This document shows, one piece after another, positions 1 to 12,143 of a DNA stretch of 64,000 bases. The notes under the pieces were generated by a model that ran no database searches, had not been told where the DNA came from, and saw only the letters and a program-made list of their open reading frames with translations. The stretch's first letter is position 1. Every line of letters begins with the position of its first letter. Both the position numbers and the translations under genes were made by a program. This stretch comes from Vicugna vicugna (lineage: Eukaryota), in assembly GCA_013265495.1 (NCBI GenBank), contig MU058540.1, positions 643,696 through 707,695 on the forward strand, in the 5' to 3' direction.

Positions 1-1869
1 CCACCTGAGGAGTATCTTTCTTTTCATCTGCACTCCAGGGGTAGTGGCTGGGACAAAGAAAAGCCGGTGGGCAGACACAGTTTAACTTTTTGCCAGAGCC
101 GTCCATGGTCCAAAAAGGTTTGCACAGAAAATCAGGGGAAGGGAGTGGCTTGAAGTTCATGCAACGAGAGGCCTAACAAGAAGAAATAACTTGGGAGGAA
201 TGGCAGCTGAGGACCAATCAGGCGCAAAGGAGGCAATGGTAGATCAGGGCCAGGACAGCTGGGTCTGTTTCTCACTTGTCTTGCCACTTAACTCCCAAGG
301 AACCGTAAAGAAGTTGTTTTACTTTTTTGATTTTGTTTCTTTGTCTGTAAAATGGCAATCATCATGGCTACCTCACTCAGCTGCTATAAGAGTTAAACTA
401 CATGAGATCACGCATGCAACCGTGCCACGCCTGTGTTCAGTGTTATTGTTCAGATGCAGGAAGTCAGCAGGCCGAGAGGACTGCCTGCTTCTCTCTTCTA
501 CAGGAACAAAAAAGCTGCAGAAGAGCTGCCTCCCCCTCCAGTCCTGCTTTTCTGGCAACTAGCATAACCAAGGGGGAAGCTCCACATTGATCAGCTGACT
601 GGGTTGAATGCCTGCGGCTGGCTGCCAGTTTAGCGAAGAGTCTACCAGAACTACCTTTCTTTCTCAAGGTCTTTATAAATGATCCGAGGGTGTCAGTGGG
701 AGTGACTCACAGTGCTGTCTCACTTTCAGCAAGGGACTGTTCCTTCTAAAAATTACCACAAAGATGTACTAAGCCCAGGTGTGTGCTCAGGTGACATCAG
801 AATGAGATACCACGACAGAGGTCCTGACTAACGTGCCTGCTGCCACCATCATGCACTTGTTCACTTTACCAGGGCTGCATTCATCAGCAGCTCTGGAACC
901 ACCAACCGAGCTACGACTTGCATCTGCAGCCATAACTCATATCTGTGTGGGCCTTCTACACTTCAGAACTATCCCCTAGGTGATGACAAAGGATGACAAC
1001 TCCAAAAGAGAAAGTTCTGCCCTCTTTTTCTGGCTTCTCTTACACTGACAGTCAAGTAGGTGAATGTCACACTCTCGCCTCTCCAAGGATCTAGCCTGTC
1101 GCCTTTTCTGCTGGCTGGCTTCACCATCCAAATTTCACTAGAGTAAGTCACGTGTCTGCCCAATGGTTAAGCTCCTCGGTGATAAGAACCCGGTTATCTT
1201 CTGTAGTTCCTGCAGACCACTCCCAACACAGTGAGCTCTCAAATTAATTTTCACCACTCAGGACACAAAAATATTCCCTTCTCGCTCTTCACTACTTCTC
1301 TCCATCTAGTTCTGCTACATCTGCAACTATATTCAAATGATTTGTTTCATGAGCGATAACCAATCCTTTATTCATCCACTCATTCAGGCATTTACCAAGT
1401 GTCTTTTATGCGCCAGGAACTATGCTAGACACTGTGGGGAGAAAGATAAAAATGGCACTATCTCTGTTTTCAAGAAGCTCACACAAAAAATATGTAGGGA
1501 GCATAGTGCTACAAAGTCTACGGGATTTGCAGAGCTGGAACTAGAAATGATTCTTGCCTTCAAGATCTTTGTACTTTGGGCCAGTGAAGACACACACTGT
1601 AAGAAGTGTGAGGGCCGTCAGTGCTGTGTGACTGTCCTCCACCCCCTCCTCCCCAGAGACAAAGCCCTGAGCCTGACACTCCATCCATGCTCACCATCCA
1701 GTCAGCATTTGGTGTCAGTGACATCGTGTTCTTGCTCCATTAGGTGGACTGGCTTGGCTCTGTGTTGGGCTAAGTTGCAAATACCCATGTTCCTGCTTTG
1801 ACAGGTTGTGGCCAAATTTTGCAAAAGTCATTTCTCCAGGCTGTGTGTGTAAGTGTCTCGTCTCATATG

Positions 1870-2842
1870 TCTGACCTCTTGCCTGAATCCCAGGCTCAAA
1901 TATCCCAGTGCCTACTTGACATTTCCACTTGGAAGTAAATCCACTTTGCATCTCAAGTTTAACAAGTCTAACACCAAATTCAATGTTCTTCCCACACCCC
2001 ACCTGTTCCTCATCTAGTCTTTCTCATCTCAGTAAATGGCATTACCTTCCATCCAGTTGCTCAGGCCAAAAAAATCTAGGTGTTATCCTTGGTTCCTCTC
2101 TCTCCCTCCACCCTACATCCAATATATCGGTAAGTCCTGTTGACCCAACCTCAATGCAGTCCCTTCCATCTCCTGTGCTGCCACTTTCATCCAAGCCACC
2201 ATCATTTCTTGCCTGGGCTACCTGAGGAGCCTTTTCTCCAGCTGACTGTTTCTATTCTTGCCCCCATAATCCATTTATCAATACAACCAGTGTGATCTCT
2301 AAAAAAAAAAAAGTAAATTAGGTTAGATCAACCCCTTGACTAAACCTCCCCAATGGCTTGCCACTGGTCTTATGATAAAATCCAGCTCCTAATCGGAGCC
2401 TGCCTATAAGGCCCTCCTGTCCCTGGCTCCTGTCCTCCTCTGATTCAACTATTAACAAACACCATTTCATTCACTACCCTTCAGCCACTCTGGGTTTCTG
2501 TCCCCTAACATGCCAATTTGCTTCCTACCTCTACCTCTAAACCTCTGCACTGCCTGAAATGCCCTTCCCACCAAGTGTACACCGTTAGCTAATCATCTTC
2601 TTAGGCCTCATCTGTGTCACCTCCTCAGTAAAGCTTTATCTATCATAACTAGTATTACCCTTTTATCATGCTACTTTACTTAATATCCATCATAGAACTT
2701 CTCTGGACTGTCTTATGCCTACTGTGTCCTGAACTAGCATGTAATCTTCAGGTGGACAGGCCCTCCTCTAATTAGTCGAACCTAGCACAGTTCCCGGCAC
2801 ATGGTCGATGCTCCCGAAGTATGTGCTAGATGAATAAATAAA
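1870..2842 (+). mobile_element. L2 LINE 3' fragment (ancient), in UQCC2 intron 1
   Basis: L2-type motifs tgcctacttgacatttccacttgg, ccatccagttgctcaggccaaaa and ctccccaatggctt, ending in gaataaataaa. Boundaries approximate. Confidence 0.7.
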
Positions 2843-3097
2843 CCCCAGAGCTACAGCACCAACCTGGAGGAGAGCAAGAACACAGATCTACTACTCACAA
2901 CCATGGACAGACGGCTGAGGACTCAAACCTGATGCACAGGCTTATAGGGGCTCAGGAAGCACACCAAAGCTTAGTGGGGGTGGAGGACAGAGGAATGCTG
3001 CATAGGTCCTTAGGTATCAGTTCAGTCAGTGCATAACACTGCAAGGTAAAGGCATCGTGTCAGGGGAGCTATAAACCTGTAACTGTCACTACCTAAG

Positions 3098-3278
3098 ACT
3101 GCTGTTGTGGGATTCAACCCTGGCTGCCCCTCGAATCATCTAGAACTTTCAACAACACTGAGGCCAAAGCCCCAACCCAGAGACTCTGATTCAATAAAGT
3201 CGAATGGTCCCAGGCATCTAGATTTTAAAAAAAGCTTCTCTGGTAACTCCAAGGTGCAGCCAGGTGAAAGCACTGAGT
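3098..3278. mobile_element. MER5-like hAT DNA transposon remnant
   Basis: gaatcatctag...cccaacccagagactctgattca...gtgcagccaggtgaaagcactg matches the MER5A pattern by eye. Confidence 0.55.
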
Positions 3279-3289
3279 AGAAGGTAAGG

Positions 3290-3800
3290 TCTCGCTAGCG
3301 GCAGTTTCCCGGGGCGTTAAGACGGGCGGCGCGCACGTGCCGGCCAGAGAGCAGAGGCGCGCGCGTGAGCAGGGCCCTGCCGCTAGCCCGTTCGTCGGCC
3401 CCGCCCTGCCTCGTCCTTTCCTCCCCTCGCCCCAGCCGCCTCCCCGCAGAAGGCTGACCCCACATTCTGTCACCTGGGTGTTCTCTCCCTCCCGAAAGGC
3501 CTGCGCTACCCGCTGCCGCAGGTACGCGCCCAGGTCCCGGCCCCGTTTGGTCTCGTCCACTGGCCATTCCTCACAGAGCTTAAGAAAACGTCGGTAGCGG
3601 CTGGCCGCCATTTTGTACCCCGTTTGTCCCCGCCCCTGAGGGAGGAGTCGGCGCTGACAGACGGCGCTTGCGCACTAAAGATCGCGGTTTTCCCAAGGAC
3701 GGGGCGGGAGAGAGGAGTGAGCATGCGCCACTTCACCGGTGTCCCGCCGCTTTCCGGGTAGGGGCGCTGTTCACCAGCCTCTGTGAGCGGATCTAATTGA
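3290..3800 (-). promoter_or_regulatory. CpG island and promoter of UQCC2
   Basis: Dense CpGs around exon 1 in an otherwise CpG-poor background. GC box GGGGCGGG (3701-3708), NRF1-like GCGCTTGCGCA (3664-3674) and TGAGCATGCGCC (3718-3729), and YY1-like CCGCCATTTTG over the start codon. Confidence 0.85.
3474..3611 (-). CDS. UQCC2: UQCC2 (MNF1, complex III assembly factor 2), coding exon 1; the remaining exons lie beyond the left edge of the window
   Basis: ATG at 3611 gives [46 protein letters not shown] (46 codons, 138 nt), the recognisable UQCC2 N-terminus, followed by a phase-0 donor CAG|GTGACA. Confidence 0.96.
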
Positions 3801-5519
3801 GTCCTCCTGGAACCAGCCCAGCTCCCCAGGGGCGAGTCAGGCGTGGAATACCCAGGGACAGCTTTGCTTCTCTTTTTCAATGACTGCACAAGCTCCAGAC
3901 GAAAAAACCTTCCTCTGAGATCTCTGCTAATTTGCATAAACGAATACATTTGCAATGTCAATACAGTCTGTTATTCGATGATGTATTTGAACTTATTCAC
4001 ATAACACGCACATGTGGTTCGCATCCCCACTCCCCACCGCGGCTTTCTCGCAGTCCCTGTACCTGTCAGTACCACTTGGTCCGCTGCCACAGTTCCTTCT
4101 TTAGTGCTTCTCAGCTCTTGTCCCTCTTTCTCCGGCCCCTGTTAGTATCCCTTCTGAGCGCGGCTTCCCCAAGCCGGCCACTTTTACCTGGGAGGCAAAG
4201 ATTTCCTAGCTTGAGCAACATCGGCTGGGTTGATTCAGCCGGGAAAAACTTGTTTTACCAAGCCTTCTCTTACACACCTTATACAGCTGCATCGTGGAAT
4301 GTTCTGATTTTTCTTTTCCAAAGATACCCCCACCTTCCAGACTTCCCCTAAGAAAGCATCAGTCTCCCTTTGTGTCTTCACTGTCCTACATTTAGCCAGG
4401 ACCATCCCATGCACACGACACTTGGCTTCCCCCAAACCTCTCCCTTCTCACCCTGCTAACTTTGTGAGTACAGGAGACTCCTGCCCCGAGTCAGGGAGTG
4501 AATACACAACAAAAACACAAAGTTGAAAGTGACACGGGCTTTAATTGAAGTGTTAGAGAATACTAGGAGTTTGGAGAGAGAAATAGTACTTCTAGCTATT
4601 CAAGGGAGAAGAGGGAGAAAGATCAGGGATTGCTTGTGAAGGAGATGGCATTTGGGCTGGGCCTTAAGGATGGTTAGGATTTGAATAAGTGGGAAAGGAG
4701 GGACACAGAGCAGGAGCATCCAGGTTCCAGCCTGGGGCAGAAACTCGAGAGAGAAGGGAGGAGTTTCATTTGAGGAAAGATCAGATCAGTGGGTGGTTTT
4801 AATAAGGAACAGCTCTGAACTGTTCTACAGTCTTTAAGGGTAAAGAGCTATTGAAAGAGAAACTCTGGGGGCCCAGGCTGTGTGATACCCTTTCTAGGCG
4901 AGTTTTAGGGGGAAAATGAGGCACTCAGGACACCCCACAATGTTCCCAGTCAAATAGTACCTCCCTGCTCCACCCTGACCTTCAGCTGTATTTATAACCA
5001 CATAGTTTTGATGGCTGCCCTGAGGCCCAAAGGACAGATTTTTATCTATTTACTATCAGTATCAAGCTGCAGGCACCTAAGGCTGTGCTGGGTACCCTGA
5101 GGCCTTGTCATTCTGCCTGAGGCCCCTTCACAGCTGTGGCTTTGGAGCATACCTGGCTGGCCAACAGCTGTCCTGGGAGGCAGGGGCTGAGGTCCCTCTG
5201 TCTTCTTCAAGAGGAGGAGTAATAGTTGGCAGGGGATGGTTTTCACCCCACTTGAGACACAAATACAATGAGAGGTTGAGAACAACGGGATGCAGGGAAA
5301 CGCAAACCAGGGCCTCCTTCTAAGGCTCTCCCTCCCCTAGCACGGCATCTTCTGGATCACGGTGGCTGCCCTGGTTCACGCTGCCCGACCCACCTGTCTT
5401 CTCCCCACTGGAGGCTTGTATGGCATGTATTGTGGCTCAGAAGTGAGGCTTTGGGGTCTGACAGACCTGGGTTGGAATGTGGGCTCTCTCATTCATTCAT
5501 TCATTCATTCATTCATCTA

Positions 5520-5670
5520 GGACGGTGTATAGAATTTGTGGGGGCCCGATGAAAAATGAAAAAGTGAAGCTCCTTTTTAAAAAGTTATTAAGAATTTCAA
5601 GACTGTCACAGCAGAGCATTAAACCAAGTGTGGGGCCCTTCAGATCACACACCCATGAAGCCAACTCTGA
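5520..5670 (+). mobile_element. MER45-like DNA transposon remnant
   Basis: Similar to the copy at 40704-40871 (aatttcaaga..., cagagcattaaaccaagtgtggggcccttc). Confidence 0.5.
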
Positions 5671-6069
5671 GCGACTTCCACTTGATGGACAGACAGATAA
5701 GGGCCCTGATCCTGTGGGTTTTACATTTAAGTGGGAAGAGACAGGCAACAACCAAGTAGACACACAATATGATAATCATAATAGTGCTTTGTATGTATTC
5801 AGTCATATAATGATTGAACAAGATGATGTCCGATGTCTTGGGAGAAATCAAGACAGGATTCTGGGTCCACTGTGACTGGGGCAGGGCATGGGGTCTGGGT
5901 GGCCTGGAGGGGCTTGTGTTTGAGAGAAACCTGAGTCCCAGTGAGGACCAAGAATGACATCGAGGCAGAAAGGCAATAAAGGCAAAGGCCTTGGAAGCAG
6001 CCAACCTTGGAGGGGCTATTTAATCACTCTGAGCTTCAGTTCTTCATCTTAAAATGATAATTATAATGA

Positions 6070-6285
6070 TCAATTTACATGTACTGAATATTAGATGTGT
6101 GCCACCACTGTTGCAAATGCCTTCATATTGACTCGTTTAGTCCTCACCATGGCTCTCAGAGAAAAGTACCACTATTGTCCCCATTTTACAGAGGTGGATA
6201 CTGAGGCACAGAAAGGACAAGGACTTATCAAGTTCACCAGCGAGTAAGTGGCAGAACCTGGACTTAAACCCCAGCTGACTGGCTC
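6070..6285 (-). mobile_element. MIR SINE
   Basis: MIR core ccccattttacagaggtggatactgaggcacaga...gtaagtggcagaacctgg. Confidence 0.7.
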
Positions 6286-9243
6286 CTCTTAGCCCTCCAT
6301 CAGACACCTTGCAAGTGTCATCATTGCTAACTGTGTGTGTGGGGTGTTTCTGTACCAGGGGTTGAGGTAGAGGATGGGGTGCTCTAGGGTCTTCTGTGGC
6401 CTTGTTTTACCTACGCACCACCCCCCATCCCGGCCTGTGGGTGTTTGGAGCCAGAGTCTGGGCTCACTTGGCTTGTCAGTCACCCAGCATCATTCTGGGC
6501 ACATTAATAGGCATCGCCTGGAATGTGGCTTGACAGTGCCAGCCCCTTGGGGAGTTGATGGCCATTTGAACACCCACCTGCCGGCTGTCACTCATTCCAC
6601 ACCAAATGCAGCCTCCCCTGGCTCCTTGGAAAGCCCCAGCAGGGCTGCACCTCCCAATCCATTTAGAATGGATATTTGGGCTTTGTGGAACCCTGCGAGC
6701 TCTTTATAGAAACAAGGCACCTCAGGGGGAGGAGAGAGGAGGGAGCAAGCACTGCTTCAGTTTCTCAAGTTATAATGATCCCAGTAATTGAGACACCGAA
6801 TTGCACATTGAAATCGCTTGAAAGTAAAAATATCTTTTTGCATTGCTGGTGTTAATAATGTAAACATTAAAAACGAATTAAATACTTAACTGTATTGTGG
6901 GGCACAATTGCCTGATTTTTCTTCTTTAAACTTATTCAACCAGAGGAAATGATTGGCTGCAAGGCCCAGATATGTTACTGTAAAGAATGGGTCTGGCCTC
7001 GCACGGGAGGACTTAGCCATCGAATGCCCCCATATGAAGGTGAACTGGAAGGGTCACATGGTGGCAGTTTGCTGCCTTTTCCTGGAGGTGAGCTTGTTTT
7101 CAAGACACGTGGGTGTTTGAGGTATGCTGGGATAGGTGGGAGTCCTAAATTGCAGCCTCTATATCCAGACCCCCCAGCTCTGTTGAGATAGCTTGTCACC
7201 TTCACTCTGCTCTCTAGTCGATGTCACCTCAGAGAGACCTTCCCTGGTCCCCATCACTTGTAGCCCCCATCACTTGTGATCCCCTTTTGCCTCAGAGCAC
7301 TGGTCACTGTTTGACAGCCAGCCCTGGCGAACGGTAGTCTCTCACCAAATGAATCTGAAGAGAAGAGAAGATGTTAGAATAAACCCAGGTCTCCCCACCC
7401 ACCAGTCCCCACCCTCTCTTTAGAGTCTGAGGAAGAAAGCTGAAGGGCAAATCAGGGGCAGGTAGATGTCTGGATTTCCTTCTTTGTTTAGCTCTCAAAC
7501 TTCCTGTCCCATTTCGGGGCAGCTTAGTGACAGAGGGGAGATGTTCTGAGCAATGCATAGTGGAAAGGACCCAACCTGGGTGCAAGTCAGTCTACCTGGC
7601 TGGTGCCCAACTTGGTATCATCCCCGAGCTGCTTTTCTTCCTCGCTCCTCCCTCCCTCCTTTCTAATTCTTGGCACCCACGCTTTCATTTTTGTTCTTTG
7701 CCTTTTCTTCTGTTTTATGTTTTTGGCCCCAGAGGATGCAGATTTAAATCAAAAGTCAGAAGTTTAGATCATTTTGAAGAGCTGCTGATGAGTGGGCCTG
7801 CCTTGCCGTTTGTTTTATTAGACTGCTTCCTGCCCTTTCCAGCGTGGTCCAAAAGGCTCCATGCAGCTGGCAAGAGTGATGGGGCTGCCAGGGTGCTGCC
7901 CAGAGGCCCAGGGCTTCCTGATGACATTGCACTATGGAAAAGCTGTAATAACATTCTGCTTTTTAGCTTCCTCTTCAATCACACAGGGGACACCAGAGGG
8001 ACAGAGGTGGGGCTGGCTGATTGTCTCCTAGGCTGCTCTTGTCCCTCGTCCCTAGTGGGGAGGGCAGGAACAGGTTACTCTTCCACATCACCTGTCTTGA
8101 GGACCAAGTTAGGGTTTCCTGTAGGACAGATAAGGAAACTGAGGAAAGGGAGATGCTAAACAAATCTGCCAGCATTCTGGGCACGCTCATGAGGACATGG
8201 CTTGGGGCAGGATCCAGATCAGAACCCTCAGCTCTGACACTGCTAGTCCCCTGCCGACCCCTCATGCCTGGCAGATTCTCTTTATGTCTCTGTTTCTCCT
8301 CCTTAAGTCAGGTATCAATTTGATGGAAGGATTACAGAGAAAAAAGGTTGCAGTGGAGACTGGCTAGGTTCTCATTAAACCCATTTCCTCTTCCTACAAA
8401 CACAATTAAACTACATCTCATGCCCCCCACCCCCAGCATCTGTGTAGGGCCCCAGGACTGGCTCTTTCCCAGTCCCTTCTCCATCCTATCCAACCTTTAG
8501 GCCTGTGGTGGAAGATGGTGATGTCACAGATGGAAGAAGCCTGGTTCCCTGGATGACAGTGTGGGGCAGAGGCTCTCTGCCAACCAAAAGGGATTGAAAT
8601 ATTAAGCTATAGATGTTTGGGGATGGTTTGCAAACAGTTAGCCTACCCTGACTAATACCTGGATGTTTCTCAGTTCAAAAAAGAAGAGAGCTCCCCAGTC
8701 TGGGTAAGGGAGGCCAGCCAGAGGCTCTTACAATGTCTCAGGCAAGAGTGAGCAGCAGAGGTGGAAGGTTCAGAGGTCCTTTCTAGTTCTCATGTTCTGG
8801 GGTTTCTCCATTTCCATCTTAATCTTCCTCTGTGCCCCTATACATCATCCTGTGGCCAATACAGACTGCTTGCTGTTCTCTGAGCAGAATGCCTGCTTGT
8901 CTCTCCTTTCCCTGGAACACCTGCCCCTTCTTTATCACCTTTCAGACCTGCCTCCTTTTCTAGGCACAGCTCAAACATCACCTCCATGATCACCCCGTGT
9001 GCCACTGCTCTGAGTCCTCACTGCCTCTGCTTTCCTGAGTAGTGCTCTGCACAGCTCAGCAAATGGCCCCCAGTTCCTGCTGAAGCACCCGTGATATTTT
9101 CACACGAGGGTCTTCACTCTCACATCAAGTCAAAAGGTTCCTAAGGATAACGTCACCATCCTCACACTTCCTGGCTTCCTACACAAGCCCTGGCGCTGTG
9201 CTGTATGCACTGGGCACTTGGAAAATATCTGTTGGATGGATGA

Positions 9244-9320
9244 ATGGAAGGGAGGAAGGGAGGGAAGAAGGGAGGGAGGAAGGAAGGAAGGAAGGAAGGA
9301 AAGAAGGAAGGAAGGAAGAA
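9244..9320 (+). repeat. (GGAA/GGGA)n purine microsatellite
   Basis: Directly visible run ggaagggaggaagggagggaagaagggagggaggaaggaaggaagg... Confidence 0.9.
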
Positions 9321-10652
9321 TGAAATCACAAACAAATGAATGAGCCACTTGGCCAGATTTCCAAGGGTCTCCACCCTCTGGGCTCACTCCATTTCTCTTC
9401 CCTTCATTTCTGCTCCCAGCCACAAAAACCCAACTCTGAATGGGTTGGTCTGTCCACAGACTCATGAGCCTGCTTGACTTTTCCCTCCCTCCACTCCCCA
9501 CCCGCCACCAATGCCCCAGCCCCTTTCCACCACTGTCACCCTTTGGGGCCCAGATGAAGTCTCACCTCCTCCAACTGTTTCCAGCATGACTCTGCTCTCA
9601 GCTAACACATCCAACTTTGTTATAGGATCGATTGTCTGCAGATTGTCACACAGATTAATCCACTGTATCACTAGGTACTGTCCTGCGTGGTTTGCTGTCA
9701 GTTCATTTGTGTTATTCTTACTTCCTCAACTAGAATCTAAGCTCCCAAGAGCTAGATCTTCCATAGCACTTAGCAGAGAGATCAGCTGCGCAGGACAGGG
9801 ATACACTTGCAGATTGCTGGATATCTAAGGCTCCCTCGCCCCTTTGGACATCTTTAAGTTAACTCAGTTTGGAGAGCAAAAACATACACACCTGTCACCT
9901 TCTCTTCTCTCCATACCTTTCTGTTCTTATCCTTTTGCCCAAATTGGCAATAACTGAGTGCTAAATCGGCAAAGCCTTGCATGAACAGTCCAAACCACAG
10001 TTACCTCTCTGAGTCCAGAAGTAGAGTAAGAACAGCCTAAAACACTACCCAACTTTGTCCCTTGCAACAGACTGCACTTCCATTGATGACACCTTCAAGA
10101 CGAGGTGGGAATCATTCTGGCTGGGCCTCAGGTGCTTTGCAGAGGAGGAAGAAGCCCTCCTGCGAAGGGCACCAGGGGATAAAGGAGTAGCCAAGAGGTG
10201 GGGCACCAGGTGGGCAGGAAGAAGGAGCCAGCCTCAGAGAGCAGTTGTGGCATAGTCAGTGACGCAGGTGGCCGGTTCTGAGAGACTTAGATTCCAGCTG
10301 ACATTCCCACCTTGTCCTTAGCAGGTCCTGCAGCACCCAAGGCTGAGAATGGGGACAGGAATCCGCAGCTAAGCTGGAGAGCTTTGGATTTGGTTGATGT
10401 GGTACCAGGTTCTCAAGCAAGGAAGTGGCCCAGAAAAAGCAGTATTTATGGCTCCATTTTGTCATTAGCAAACATTTCATTTTTGGCTGACTTCCTTTTG
10501 CCGTTATGCTTTGACTCAATTCTCCCACCACGGACGCAGAGCATACATACCAATCACATCTTTACCTCAGCCAAACTTAATTAGGCAAGTTAACTTGCTT
10601 TGAAATACATATTACATATCCTAAAATTAAACAAACTTAAAAAAAATTATCT

Positions 10653-10800
10653 GGGGGGGAGGGTATAGCTCAAGTGGTAGTGTGCATGCTTAGCATGCAT
10701 GAGGTCCTGGGTTCAATTCCCAGTACCTCCATTAAAATAAATAAGGAAATAAATAAACCTAATTATCTCCCCTCCCAGAAAAATAAATTTTGAAAAATTA
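10653..10800 (+). mobile_element. tRNA-derived SINE, camelid Vic-1-like
   Basis: Head ggggggagggtatagctcaagtgg (A box), ggttcaattccc (B box), tail aaataaacctaattatctcccc followed by an A-rich stretch. Flanks aaaaaattatc / aaaaaatttatc look like a target-site duplication (TSD). Confidence 0.85.
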
Positions 10801-11162
10801 AAAAAAATTTATCCAGGCCACTCTTTCCTCCTATTGGTGTGGATTTTGCAAAGTTGATTTTAATTAGTCATGAGAATACAGAAATTACTTCTCTTTGCAT
10901 TGTGTAAGCTTCACATGAAAGGACCACTTGCTTCTTAAATCTGGGCCTGCCTTGTGATACATGCAGACATTTTATTAGCCACCATATCCCACCCGGGTTC
11001 CTCAAAGGATTGCAGGAAATTGTTGAACTTTTCTTGCTGTATATACTCTGGCCACCCATGAACTAGAACTACCATATAATGTGATGATCAGAATAAACAA
11101 ACAGAAAGAGTAATAAGGCACACCAAATAATCACTGGTGACCTCAGCAATTTTGTTAACAAA

Positions 11163-11168
11163 TTTATT
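11163..11168 (-). terminator. Candidate polyadenylation signal of IP6K3 (AATAAA); an alternative lies at 10971-10976
   Basis: tttatt on the plus strand, about 1.0 kb and 1.2 kb downstream of the stop. Usage cannot be determined from sequence. Confidence 0.45.
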
Positions 11169-12143
11169 TCCCTAATTGGGTAACGTATCTCAGTGCTTGA
11201 CTCAAGGGCTTTGTAATAGGTTTCCACAGCGCAGAAGAAGGAATTAATTGGAACCGTTTGCTCTCTGTTCCGTATTGATGCCTGTCCACCCATCTTGTAA
11301 ACATTGCGCCTGGTCTCCTCGGTCCTCCAGGCTCCTCTCTTCTGACCCCCCCCCCATTAAATAAATAGTAGCGGAGAGTATAATTTCCCATCAGTGGCTC
11401 TTTTGTATACGAGGTCCACCCCCACCAGAAGCTGCATTTCCGGGTCAGAGTTGTTTTGTGGTCAGAATCTGGCAGAATCATCACTTCCCATAGGATCTGC
11501 CTCTCCAAGGGGAAAACATGGAGACGCTGAGGTCTTGGTTGGCCAGTGCTGTGTCTAGGGTTGACCTTGCCCATTCAGAATCCAGGTCCAGAGCTGGGGT
11601 GATGGGCAGGTCTCTCCCACTTCATCCTGCCCACCTCCAATGTCTCTGACGAAGGTAAGAGACATTGTCAGCTCTGTCTGCCCTGGGAGTAGGCAGCTCC
11701 AGCGAGCAGGAAAACCATAAACTGGGGAACACACTCTCCAGGCTTTTTCAAGTAAGGTTTTTTTGGCCTCACAGCTCATGAGGACTGCAGCATGACAACA
11801 AGAAAGCATCTTTAAATGCAAATACTCCAGAATCTCACTGTAATGCTGGCCTCTAACTCCTGCTGCACCCCTCCCATGTACTTAGCAGGGCACCGTTTCA
11901 TACTGACTGTCCAAGCAACGATGACTCGCATTAGTGCAAGATGCCGGGGTACATAGAATTACCTCTGGTTTCTTAGCAGCTGTTAATATAGCCTGCCATA
12001 TGTAGAGATGGCTTTTGAACATAGCTATAATTATTCCAAAGACATCTCTAGGGTATCGAGACCTCCCTAGCTACCAATAGGTCCCCTTTGAGAGCTATAC
12101 TCCAGAAAAATCTAGATGGGCCCAACAAGTCTCATTCTCCCTC

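Noticed and set aside
3225..3473. 128-aa single-exon UQCC2 as drawn in the ORF track
   Set aside because: Similarity to UQCC2 ends at ENTQ, exactly at a GT donor; the rest is intron read-through.
10655..10730. tRNA-Ala-like genes (also at 14286, 14440, 22850 and 42830)
   Set aside because: A and B boxes are present, but the copies diverge from each other, carry A-rich tails and TSDs, and lack clean cloverleaf pairing. They are SINEs.
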